Positions 9,270 to 18,195 of a stretch of 64,000 nucleotides of DNA are shown here, one piece after another. The translations under genes were made by a program, and so were the position numbers. Within the stretch, counting starts at the first letter, position 1, and every line of letters begins with the position of its first letter. The notes under the pieces were generated by a model. That model did no database searches, was not told where the DNA came from, and worked only from the letters and a program-made list of their open reading frames with translations. The stretch is from positions 62,001 through 126,000 of the IMG/VR virus record IMGVR_UViG_3300031787_007614, one strand, 5' to 3'.

Positions 9270-9884
9270 TTAGGCTCCCAACACATGCAGTGCATGTTCA
9301 GTGTGTTTGATGCGATCCTCAAGACCAATGTAGCCACCGTTGATGGCCCGTGTTAGACCTTTTGCGTCATTGGCATCTGCAAATCTATTTAGATTGTTCT
9401 GTTCCCAGTACCAACAAGCTGACTGTGCGGCACCTTCAAAAGTGGCTAGATATTCTGCGGCTTCGGCTTCAGAAATACTCAGGCTGCCTGCAAAGAATGT
9501 GTAGTTGTCCTTGCCTGTCAACTGTATTAGCCCACGACCACAATAGCGCCAGCCATCGCCTGATGCTTCGTCGCCGTTGCCCATTCTATTGGCATAGACT
9601 CTGTTGGCAATACGTTCAGGCCGGTTGGCATACTGTGCAGCCAATTCAGCTGTGGGGAAATACTTGGGGAAAACTTTTTGTAGGCTTGCGGCTTTGTAGT
9701 TGAGATTTTCTTTGATGAAAATAAAATTTCCTGACTCATGAGCGCATTGTGCAACAAAATGTGCCACACGTAGGGGTGTGTCAATGCCGTAGTCATCTAA
9801 CAGTTGATCTAGGGCTTCGTGCCAGTGATCAATGTGGGGATTCTTTACCATTTGTTTTAGTTGTTGTACGGATAGTATGCTCAT
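9270..9884 (-). CDS. glycoside hydrolase family 19 endolysin
   Basis: FVAQCAHESG, ENLNY, YANRMGNG, GRGLIQLTG, INGG..GLEDR. Confidence 0.9.
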   Translation of the reverse strand: MSILSVQQLKQMVKNPHIDHWHEALDQLLDDYGIDTPLRVAHFVAQCAHESGNFIFIKENLNYKAASLQKVFPKYFPTAELAAQYANRPERIANRVYANRMGNGDEASGDGWRYCGRGLIQLTGKDNYTFFAGSLSISEAEAAEYLATFEGAAQSACWYWEQNNLNRFADANDAKGLTRAINGGYIGLEDRIKHTEHALHVLGA

Positions 9885-10189
9885 TTTGCACCTTCAAATA
9901 TTTTTTTCTGTACTGAGTACCACTCAATCCAAGCATCTGCTTTCACAGCACAAGCATAGTAAGTGGTGTAGTTTTGTACCACAGTTCGACCAACGTCACT
10001 GAGTCGAGCTTCACCTGGAATCTGTTCCAGTTGTGGGCACGGCACCATGGCTGATCGTCCGGGTGCATCTGGAAACTTGGCCACAACAGGCACCACAGTG
10101 CTGCACCCAGTGATGGCCAACATCAGCATCACAACAATTGCAAATATAATCAAACTGGAAACAAGTTGTTGATCCTGTTGATTTTTCAT
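9881..10189 (-). CDS. o-spanin-like lipoprotein
   Basis: lipobox AITGC, Pro-rich, CPQL and YYAC cysteines; directly upstream of the endolysin. Confidence 0.7.
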   Translation of the reverse strand: MKNQQDQQLVSSLIIFAIVVMLMLAITGCSTVVPVVAKFPDAPGRSAMVPCPQLEQIPGEARLSDVGRTVVQNYTTYYACAVKADAWIEWYSVQKKIFEGAK

Positions 10190-10190
10190 G

Positions 10191-11582
10191 TCAGCAGTTC
10201 CATTTTCTCAATGCTAGAGCCTTGCGTGTGGGTTTGCCGTTGGGTTTTTTCATTGGGCCTTTAACGCCTGACATTCTGGCGCAGAATGATTTGCGTCTTT
10301 TTGCTGCCTTAGAGCCTTTCTTTAGTTTTGAAGGCTTGGTGGTCACGGCCATTTGCAATTTTGATCCAGGATTTTCTCTACGATATGATGCCACACCTTT
10401 GGCGTTTAATCCGCCTTTTTTGCTCTTGCCTTCTTTACGTCGCCAGGCGGCTGTTTCATACAGCACATTGTCCGGCATGGCTTCAAACTGTTCCCACACT
10501 AGATCTTCGCTCACACGATTTTTCACAGCCATTTCTGCTACCAACTCTTGCATGGCTTCAAACATTTCATCCACTTCGGGATCCACTTCGTCTGACGCTT
10601 CCTCTGAATACATATAGTCCCACACAGCAACCAGCATTGACTTGGCCACAGCAATCTTTTCTTGACACCATTCAGGCAAGTTATCACCTGATTGAATTAG
10701 ATCGTCAATACCTTCTACAGCACGTTGTAGCGTTTCTAAGTTGTTGTCGGCCATGCCTGCTTCGTCGTCATACTCGCCATTGTAGTCTTCCGCTACACCT
10801 TGCTCACTAAATCGCTGACGATAACTGTTGGGATTCATTGACGATCTAGAACCAACTACAGCATTACCTTCGCCACTCAGCAACAAATCATACATGAGTT
10901 TGATTACTTTTAAAGGGCTGTTCATTCTTTCCAGGGCATTTTTAAACCATTCAACTTTTTCTGGTTTCATTGGCTTGGCACTGGGCTTGCTGATCAATGC
11001 CAGTGCCTGTGCTTTCAACGTGGACAAGTCTCTGATTTGTTCAAGACGTTTTAGATCCTCAATATCAAAGTTGTAATCAGCTTTGCCTTCCGCCACACCT
11101 TGCTGATCTTTGGGCTCGTCAAACAAGGAGTCTATGGCTTTTTTGCCGCCATACAACACAGCCAACACAATGCCAGCAGGGATGGCATATTTAAAAGCCA
11201 AAGCAGACAGGTCAAGCAATGTTTTCTCGTCAATGGCCGTGCCCACCTTGGCAGCAATATCTTTGGCAATGTCTGCCACAGAAGATCCAATTTCGTAAGC
11301 ACCAGCACCCATGCCAATTTTTCCAGCATTCTTGGCTGCAATTTCTGTGCCAGCTCGAGCAGCCTGACCTGCACCGCGAGCTCCTGCTTGTCCTGCTTGG
11401 CCAAGAACCTGTGCTATTTTTGGGGCAGCAGCCATGAACAGTCTTGCACCTGCTGCCAACAACGGCGCAAATTCATCAAGCTGTTGTTCTTTGACCATGC
11501 CGGCCTTTTTCTTTTTAGCAATAGCAATGGCTGCCTGTTGAGCAGGCGACGCTGCTTCTAGTATTACGTCATTTAGTTTCAT
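10191..11582 (-). CDS. modular internal head (ejected) protein; basic C-terminal domain resembling DUF6321
   Basis: likely start MKLNDVILE at 11582; repeated QGVAE sites; C-terminal AAWRRKEGKSKKGGLN...RRKSFCARMSG...KALALRKWNC. Confidence 0.7.
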   Translation of the reverse strand: MKLNDVILEAASPAQQAAIAIAKKKKAGMVKEQQLDEFAPLLAAGARLFMAAAPKIAQVLGQAGQAGARGAGQAARAGTEIAAKNAGKIGMGAGAYEIGSSVADIAKDIAAKVGTAIDEKTLLDLSALAFKYAIPAGIVLAVLYGGKKAIDSLFDEPKDQQGVAEGKADYNFDIEDLKRLEQIRDLSTLKAQALALISKPSAKPMKPEKVEWFKNALERMNSPLKVIKLMYDLLLSGEGNAVVGSRSSMNPNSYRQRFSEQGVAEDYNGEYDDEAGMADNNLETLQRAVEGIDDLIQSGDNLPEWCQEKIAVAKSMLVAVWDYMYSEEASDEVDPEVDEMFEAMQELVAEMAVKNRVSEDLVWEQFEAMPDNVLYETAAWRRKEGKSKKGGLNAKGVASYRRENPGSKLQMAVTTKPSKLKKGSKAAKRRKSFCARMSGVKGPMKKPNGKPTRKALALRKWNC

Positions 11583-12039
11583 TTTTTGGTGCCTCCGCTG
11601 CACGATTTATAGTGGTAATGAATTCTCGAGGAATTTCACACTGTCCACCAGGTGCAAATTTTACATCGTACTTGACTATTTCTCTGTCAATATACTGTAT
11701 GATGTCTTGACCTCTACGAGTGATGTATTCAGTTTTCTTCACAACTCGTTCCACAATCTTTACATTTTCCCGTGCGCTTTCAGCTTCAGCAATCTTTAGT
11801 TTTTGTTCCACTTCAGCCACACGCTCGCGCCATTCTGCTTCCACTGCGTATCCGCCGCGAAAGTAAACTCCTAGCACCAAAAGTGCAATGCCCAGGACTT
11901 TAAAGGGCAACTGATATTGCCACACTAGAGGAATACGATGCGCAAAAAATCCTGCTACAGTAAGCACAAGGCCCGCTAATAACAGGATGTTACAAAACCA
12001 TAAGATCAAGGCATCAGGAAGAAAATGTAAAATCCACAT
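11569..12039 (-). CDS. i-spanin-like membrane protein
   Basis: N-terminal TM helices, coiled-coil periplasmic region, C-terminal Cys (CEIP); in the lysis neighbourhood. Confidence 0.65.
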   Translation of the reverse strand: MWILHFLPDALILWFCNILLLAGLVLTVAGFFAHRIPLVWQYQLPFKVLGIALLVLGVYFRGGYAVEAEWRERVAEVEQKLKIAEAESARENVKIVERVVKKTEYITRRGQDIIQYIDREIVKYDVKFAPGGQCEIPREFITTINRAAEAPKNETK

Positions 12040-12047
12040 GCCATTAT

Positions 12048-12251
12048 TTAGTTGCGCCCCCAGGATACCCGAGCCCAGGCCCGTTCATGCAACCAATACA
12101 GCACAGTATTCACACCCATTTGCACAAATGCAATGACCGAGCTAATTCCAAAACTACCAGTAATTAAATACGCAATGGTAAATGTGCTGGCGCTGCCAGT
12201 AATGCGCCAGGTCAGAGTTTTTACTAGACTACGACCATTGCTGTCGGTCAC
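12048..12251 (-). CDS. DUF2061-like small membrane protein
   Basis: RSLVKTLTWR...YWLHERAW motif. Confidence 0.8.
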   Translation of the reverse strand: MTDSNGRSLVKTLTWRITGSASTFTIAYLITGSFGISSVIAFVQMGVNTVLYWLHERAWARVSWGRN

Positions 12252-13042
12252 TTTAATCCTAATTCTTTGCGAATTTTTGTGGCTGAAATATCTGTGATTG
12301 CTTCGTCAAATGACTCTTCGCCGGCTGAATAGCCCACGCCGCGACCCCAGCCAATATGCACAATGTTGGGCACAACTTGTATTTCATACTGGCCTTGATA
12401 CAGAGGATCTAAGTCACGTCGAATAAATGATTTCACTCGTTCCACTTCAAACGGATTAGAACCCTGCCAGCCCTGTACATCACGCACTTGAATAACAACC
12501 TGCCCTGTGCGTTCTAGCAGGCGTTCAAATAACGCACGATGGCCGTCATGCCAGGGCTGCCAGCGACCCAGCATTTGCACAGTTTCTCGTTTGAAATCAA
12601 ACACAGGACGTCGACGATTGTCGATAATGTGCTCTTTAATGAAGTCCGCCCATTTCTCACAGTTCTGTTCATTTATGCGAAAGTCGTACACTTCGGGTTC
12701 CACAAACATGGCATTGGTATCAGCATATCGACCTTCACGGATGGTGTCTACCCATACAGTCCAATCTGCTTTGAACACATTGCGCATTTCCACCAAGGGT
12801 GCCACAAAGTCTGCTATCATGTAGTCATATGCTGTGAGCTTGTCTGCTAGTTCACGCATTCTTCGTGCTTGACGAATACGCCCGGCTTCTGAAAAGTCCC
12901 AGTCATTGTACTGTTCGCGGATTTCGTCTGCGTTCAGCCAACCCACTTGCTTGCCAGCTGCTTCTAGCTGTGCTTGCAATTCCCGTGCCAGTGTGGTTTT
13001 ACCCGAGCCTGGCAGGCCCATGATTAAGATACGTTGTGGCAT
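12248..13042 (-). CDS. adenylylsulfate-kinase-like (CysC) domain fused to an HxGH nucleotidyltransferase domain
   Basis: GLPGSGKTTLA, NADEIR, DFSEAGRIRQARRM; then GRWQPWHDGH and ISATKIR. Confidence 0.8.
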   Translation of the reverse strand: MPQRILIMGLPGSGKTTLARELQAQLEAAGKQVGWLNADEIREQYNDWDFSEAGRIRQARRMRELADKLTAYDYMIADFVAPLVEMRNVFKADWTVWVDTIREGRYADTNAMFVEPEVYDFRINEQNCEKWADFIKEHIIDNRRRPVFDFKRETVQMLGRWQPWHDGHRALFERLLERTGQVVIQVRDVQGWQGSNPFEVERVKSFIRRDLDPLYQGQYEIQVVPNIVHIGWGRGVGYSAGEESFDEAITDISATKIRKELGLK

Positions 13043-13938
13043 AGTGTGTCCTTTGAATTATTTAATGATGAAACTTTGACCTTTAAAATATCTGCAACCC
13101 AACCATTTTGCACCATTTCAATGGGGTGGCATTCACCGTAGTATTCATTGCTGACCCAGGCCTCGTGTTCTGCGTCATAATCAAACCAAGGGCTAAATCC
13201 CAGCACTAGATTGGTTCTGTCTGCGCTATCCACACCATGCACTCGATGGGACTGATTGGTGTCCCAGGTGTAGGCCCGGCCCAATTGTAAATTGATATCC
13301 TCACCGCGGTACTGCAAATAATGATCAGGCGATTGAGTTAAAGGTATGTTTATTCTGACATTTTCATACACAGGCTCGTCTTTGTGCAGTAGATATTCAG
13401 GATTTGTACTGTCTTGTGCATGAGCACGAATCACACTCAGTCGCGATCTTATTAGAGTTCTTGGAAAATGACTCAACAAATCACCAAATTGTTCACGTGC
13501 CACTGTGTTGGGCTGATTGAATGCATAGCTGTCATAGTATGAATTTTTTAAACGACCACGCAAGGCCAACCAAGTGCGCACGTTGCCATAAAAAAATGAT
13601 TGATTGTTAATAAAACTTGAACCCAGGGTGGAATTGAATTCTGTCACAGCAGGATCACGTATGTGGGGATTGTGTGTCAAACTCAGTGACTGATATGAAC
13701 TGCGTGATCGTCCTTGCCTGCTCAACCAGCCGTAGCTGCCATACAGTGCAAGAGCCTGTTCAGCTGCCTGTTGCAGTGCGCCAACAGGATAATTCAACTC
13801 ACACTCATGCACTTGATTTGCTGGTTGGGGCAGGCGTCGAAACAGTCGTTCAATGTTGGTGCGTAATTTTATGTATGAAAACACTGACAGAAAAGGCGGC
13901 ACATCAGCTGTACGAATCACAATCTTTTTTGTGGACAT
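13024..13938 (-). CDS. Asp/Asn beta-hydroxylase-like 2OG-Fe(II) oxygenase
   Basis: RSRLS, HxD (HKD), RINIPL, distal H (SHRV), RTNLV; likely start MSTKK at 13938. Confidence 0.7.
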   Translation of the reverse strand: MSTKKIVIRTADVPPFLSVFSYIKLRTNIERLFRRLPQPANQVHECELNYPVGALQQAAEQALALYGSYGWLSRQGRSRSSYQSLSLTHNPHIRDPAVTEFNSTLGSSFINNQSFFYGNVRTWLALRGRLKNSYYDSYAFNQPNTVAREQFGDLLSHFPRTLIRSRLSVIRAHAQDSTNPEYLLHKDEPVYENVRINIPLTQSPDHYLQYRGEDINLQLGRAYTWDTNQSHRVHGVDSADRTNLVLGFSPWFDYDAEHEAWVSNEYYGECHPIEMVQNGWVADILKVKVSSLNNSKDTLCHNVS

Positions 13939-14029
13939 TTGAAATAGTAAATGCATTTGCTGAACGCTACAATTTGCGATTGGAAACGTTCAAAAAAGAG
14001 CCCGCTGAATTGGGGCGTCTTTATTTTGT

Positions 14030-14602
14030 TTACAGCAAACCAGCAGCGGCTTGAAGTTCGCGCAGATCACGCTTGACTGCGTGAATTTGTTTTTCAGGCA
14101 GGCCAGCGGCTGCTCGCCATTCATTTAGATCCTGATCTGTGCTTTTTCTATAAGCGTCTGGCGTGAGTGGCACAGTGTCAGCAAACACCTGTTCGTCCCA
14201 GGAAAATTTGCCATTGTTGTAGTGTACCATCCAGTCGTCGGGTTCATACTCTGTGAGCGTGGAAAGATCATCCAGCAGTGTTTGCACATGCTGTGGGGCT
14301 GAACTGCGTCTGCGTATTTCCAGATAAACCAAGTATCTGTTGGGTTTGATTTCGCCGGGTGAACGGTCAGCGTCCAGCACAAAATCATAGCCTTTTTCAA
14401 ACCACGCCACAAGATCCTTGGCAGCGGCTTTGTCACGCACAAAAAAGCTCAGCACAATGATGTCTTCGTCGTCGCCCATTTTTGAGCTGAATTCATCCAC
14501 GTGAATAGTGGGCTTCATTATGCCGTCGAGGTCACGATACTGTAGACCTTCAAGCAGAGGGTTGTGAGAGTTGTTGTTGTGCATCATTTGCTTGTGAATC
14601 AC
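14030..14602 (-). CDS. hypothetical phage protein
   Basis: 190-aa ORF with well-formed globular content (IHVDEFSSKMG, FEKGYDFVLDAD). Confidence 0.75.
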   Translation of the reverse strand: MIHKQMMHNNNSHNPLLEGLQYRDLDGIMKPTIHVDEFSSKMGDDEDIIVLSFFVRDKAAAKDLVAWFEKGYDFVLDADRSPGEIKPNRYLVYLEIRRRSSAPQHVQTLLDDLSTLTEYEPDDWMVHYNNGKFSWDEQVFADTVPLTPDAYRKSTDQDLNEWRAAAGLPEKQIHAVKRDLRELQAAAGLL

Positions 14603-15146
14603 TTTGATTGGCTTCTTGATCTAGATCCTGCTCGTAGGCATCATCTAAATCTCCGAGGTCAATGTCCTCGTCTTCCATTTCAATGGAACCTGTACGTATT
14701 TCACTCATTAAGGCCTTGGGCATGACTATTTCTACCAGCCATACATCACGTTCCATGATCTTGGCTTTTTTGGTACCCGGGCGGTAGTCTGATGGGTCTG
14801 TAATTTTGATGGGAATCTTGATCTTTTGCTTTTTGTACTTTATTTCGCAGTCAAATGGCAACAAGCGTCGACCACCACGTGGGTCGGGCATGAGCTTTTC
14901 AGGCCACATGAAAATACAGCCCACTGTGTACTTGCCAATATCCGGGCCTTGTACCAGTTCGCCAATGGCCCAGTTGCGAAATGCATAGATATCTAATTCG
15001 TCCAGCACACGCTCAAAGTCCAACAGCGTGGTAAGACTGCCGTCGCTCATGTAGATGTTGCGAATATTGTCGGCTACCTGCCAATAATCTTCGTGATTTT
15101 TGAACAGTTCTTTGTCGTTGATGCCGTGTGCGTTCTTGGTTTGCAT
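14550..15146 (-). CDS. hypothetical phage protein
   Basis: 198-aa ORF preceded by TAAATA; acidic tail. Confidence 0.75.
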   Translation of the reverse strand: MQTKNAHGINDKELFKNHEDYWQVADNIRNIYMSDGSLTTLLDFERVLDELDIYAFRNWAIGELVQGPDIGKYTVGCIFMWPEKLMPDPRGGRRLLPFDCEIKYKKQKIKIPIKITDPSDYRPGTKKAKIMERDVWLVEIVMPKALMSEIRTGSIEMEDEDIDLGDLDDAYEQDLDQEANQSDSQANDAQQQLSQPSA

Positions 15147-15188
15147 GTGATTATTTATGGCAAAAACACTGTGTTGTGGTTTTTGGTT

Positions 15189-16103
15189 TTATGATGCATT
15201 GCGGCCTTTGACCGTGGGGTAAATTGTGATGTTTTGTTTGGTAATAGTAGGGCAAAATTTGCACTGTGCAATAGGGTCATCTAATCGTGCCAGCCAGTCC
15301 ACAGCAGGACCTGGCCAGTCATTCACTGTCAGCGGTTGATAGCTGTTTAATAACAGTCGATCTTGGTCGCTGATTGCTAGATTGTGCTGTTGGTCAAATT
15401 CAGGCATCAGGGCCACTGGCCCGCATTTGTACAGTTGGCCACGAATGAAATGATAGCATTTGTACTGAGCAAACCCGCAGGCTTGATGTGCAAAAAAAGG
15501 GTCTGAATCATGCAGTGCAAATTGTCCTTGATTGTTTCTGTACACTGCTGCATCGTGAAAACTGTTGGCCAAATGCATTCTGACCAGCACATTGTTCACA
15601 TCTCGTGCTGAATAGAAAGCATGATTGTCTGAGTTGTATTTGTCAACCACATCAATTGCTGTGCCATATTCTTCATTGATTGGCTGTAAAAAACTTTTTA
15701 TATTGCTTCGTATTTGATCAAAATGGTCCAAGTTGTGCAGGCTTATTTCAATATTGCCGCAGGCCAGGCCGTTGTCGGCTTTTATATTGGCAAGAGCATT
15801 GTACAAATCAGGATTGGATTTTAACTGCAATCCATTTGAAAGAATCTGTATGTTGCATTTAAAAATATCATTTAATCCCACAACCCATTCTGACAGTGTG
15901 GGGTTTAGGGTGGGTTCGCCACCCAGGATCACAATGTTTTTTAATTCAATATATTCGCCCCAGCGTCGATAGGTGTCAGCATAGTCACTCCAGCGTTGCC
16001 AACCAGTGAATCGATGATTGTTAAAACGATTGCAATTTTCACATGTCAAATTGCATACGTTGGTGATGTAGAATTCTACTTTGTTTTCAAATGTGTATTT
16101 CAA
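15189..16103 (-). CDS. radical SAM protein
   Basis: CNLTCENC, LGGEPTL, SNG; C-terminal Cys cluster (C..C, YKC, CKFCP). Confidence 0.88.
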   Translation of the reverse strand: MKYTFENKVEFYITNVCNLTCENCNRFNNHRFTGWQRWSDYADTYRRWGEYIELKNIVILGGEPTLNPTLSEWVVGLNDIFKCNIQILSNGLQLKSNPDLYNALANIKADNGLACGNIEISLHNLDHFDQIRSNIKSFLQPINEEYGTAIDVVDKYNSDNHAFYSARDVNNVLVRMHLANSFHDAAVYRNNQGQFALHDSDPFFAHQACGFAQYKCYHFIRGQLYKCGPVALMPEFDQQHNLAISDQDRLLLNSYQPLTVNDWPGPAVDWLARLDDPIAQCKFCPTITKQNITIYPTVKGRNAS

Positions 16104-16188
16104 TGCAATTCCGCCTGGTCAGTATTTAGTGATTGAATCCATCCAGATCAGTCCACATATCTTGAAGTTGTGCTGGCCGTAAATATCC

Positions 16189-16959
16189 ATGTCCATCAAG
16201 GACAAAAGGAGTATAGAAACTTTGAGCAGAAATCGAGCAGCAAAAGCACAAGCAAAACGTATGAATCAGGCGGTAGAAAACACCATCAGCTTTTCACAAG
16301 CACCCAAAGCGGCCCAACGCAGAGTAGAATTGATCCCTCGAACACGAAATCAAGAAGCTCTTGTGTTGGCTCTCATGGATCCTGATCAACATATTGTTGT
16401 CACTGCTGGACCAGCTGGTACAGGTAAAACTTACCTAGCCATGTTGGCCGCAGTAAAAGCACTTAAAGAAGGAGTATGCGATCGCATAGTACTAACACGA
16501 CCTGCCGTTGAGGTAGAAGGTGAAAAAATAGGATTCTTACCTGGCACTCTTGAAAAGAAAATGGAGCCATGGACAAGACCTTTGTTTGACGTCATGCGGG
16601 AATTTTACCGCCCAGCAGACATTACGGCCATGATAGAAGAAGGTACTATCGAAATCTCGCCACTGGCATTCATGCGAGGTCGAACCTTTAAAAACAGTTA
16701 TATAATCGCGGACGAAATGCAAAATGCAACTCCCGCACAGGCCAAAATGCTGATGACTAGAATAGGGCAAAACAGCAAGATTGTGATCACAGGTGATGTG
16801 GAGCAAGCTGATCGTAGCACTGTCAATAATGGACTATTGGATCTGTGCAATCGCTTGCAGAATCGTGATGTGAATGGTATTGCTGTGTGTAAGATGGAAA
16901 CACGGGACGTTCAACGTCACCGGATAATTGGGTCAGTGTTGAAGTTGTACGCAGATTAG
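16189..16959 (+). CDS. phoH: PhoH-like ATPase
   Basis: GPAGTGKT, LTRPAVE, GFLPG, FMRGRTF, DEMQN, TGDVEQAD; alternative TTG start at ~16222 after AGGAG. Confidence 0.95.
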   Translation: MSIKDKRSIETLSRNRAAKAQAKRMNQAVENTISFSQAPKAAQRRVELIPRTRNQEALVLALMDPDQHIVVTAGPAGTGKTYLAMLAAVKALKEGVCDRIVLTRPAVEVEGEKIGFLPGTLEKKMEPWTRPLFDVMREFYRPADITAMIEEGTIEISPLAFMRGRTFKNSYIIADEMQNATPAQAKMLMTRIGQNSKIVITGDVEQADRSTVNNGLLDLCNRLQNRDVNGIAVCKMETRDVQRHRIIGSVLKLYAD

Positions 16960-17552
16960 GAGGTGATTATCGCGTAAATTTCCCGCCAATTTTTGACGAC
17001 CGGAATTTGTTCGTTGACATGATTCATATTATGCCCGTGCTCCACCAGGATGCTACGTAACCCTAATTTGTGTCCAACTTCAGCATTTTCCGGTTTGTCT
17101 TCTATCCACCAACAGCCGGAATCTCTGTAGGGCTCCAGTGCTTCATTCTTATCTGCACCAGTTTCCAAACAAACAATCTGTTCAAACGCTGTTTTTCCAA
17201 ACAGTTTGGCAAGATTCATTTCTCTCAGTCGCTGTGCATTTACATCTGAGCTTAGACTTGTGATGCAGTGAAATCGATAGCCATGTTCTTCATGCAGGCG
17301 TTTCACATAGTACATGGCATCTCTCAAGGGTGGCAAGAACCCAATGGCAGCTGACTCGTTAAACAGTTTGATCAGCTTGCGGCCTTGGTCTTTTGAGATG
17401 CCATAGCGGTCACCAATATCGTACACAAATTCGCCGCCGGCCTGTTGTTCGTGCCCGTGCTGTTCCATCCAGATGGCAAATGCATACTCCCAGTTAAGGA
17501 GCACGCCATCTGCGTCAACTAGGATCAATTGTTTAGGGTTGTATTTTTTCAT
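16956..17552 (-). CDS. HAD-superfamily phosphatase (5'(3')-deoxyribonucleotidase-like)
   Basis: DADGVL motif I, ITS motif II, WIEDK motif IV. Confidence 0.8.
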   Translation of the reverse strand: MKKYNPKQLILVDADGVLLNWEYAFAIWMEQHGHEQQAGGEFVYDIGDRYGISKDQGRKLIKLFNESAAIGFLPPLRDAMYYVKRLHEEHGYRFHCITSLSSDVNAQRLREMNLAKLFGKTAFEQIVCLETGADKNEALEPYRDSGCWWIEDKPENAEVGHKLGLRSILVEHGHNMNHVNEQIPVVKNWREIYAIITS

Positions 17553-18195
17553 AGAGTCTGAGTATTTCGCCTTGTGTGGAAAAAATATTTCCGTTTAGTT
17601 CTGTGGTTGATTTTGTGTTAATCAAGTGTACTATATCTCGGGCTTTGTTGTCAAGTTGATTTGATAACCCACCGTCAGGATGCACACCAAAAAAACAAGC
17701 AGGAAAGTTCATTGCAAACGACTTCATGATACAAGCATTGGTAAACTTGTTGCCAATGTAATCTGCGTAACCAACATGATTGAGTTTTGGTTGCACAATT
17801 AACTCACTCAACATCCAACCAATTTTGGTACTATGATCAATCCGATTGCCCAACGCATGCACAAGATAAAATGGAAATTGACAAGATACAAAATAACTCT
17901 GTTGCCAATCTCTAGGATTTTGCACAGTAGATTTTTTAAATTTTGATTCGCTCAACGCTGATGCATTGTGATTGAAAAATACCAAGTCAATATGCTGTAA
18001 ATTTGGAATGCATTGTCGAATGTTTGCCAATTGCATTTTTTTCCATTCAACTGGTATCACAGTCACGTTGGGGGTGTGGACCCAAGCGTTAGCATTGCTG
18101 GTCACAAGATACACATGATAGTCGTGTGCCACAAGTTGTTCAGTCAATTTGGCGCCAAATTTTGATCCGCCGCCCATGATCAAACAAGTTTTCAT
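17533..18195 (-). CDS. short-chain dehydrogenase/reductase-like protein
   Basis: IMGGGSKFG Rossmann motif, FFNHN, YIGNK (YxxxK); start MKTCL at 18195 overlaps the upstream stop. Confidence 0.7.
   Translation of the reverse strand: MKTCLIMGGGSKFGAKLTEQLVAHDYHVYLVTSNANAWVHTPNVTVIPVEWKKMQLANIRQCIPNLQHIDLVFFNHNASALSESKFKKSTVQNPRDWQQSYFVSCQFPFYLVHALGNRIDHSTKIGWMLSELIVQPKLNHVGYADYIGNKFTNACIMKSFAMNFPACFFGVHPDGGLSNQLDNKARDIVHLINTKSTTELNGNIFSTQGEILRLYEKIQP

Noticed and set aside
13674-14054. 126-aa plus-strand ORF as an intact gene
   Set aside because: Most of it is antisense to the oxygenase; only the last ~40 codons look protein-like (reported as a possible remnant).
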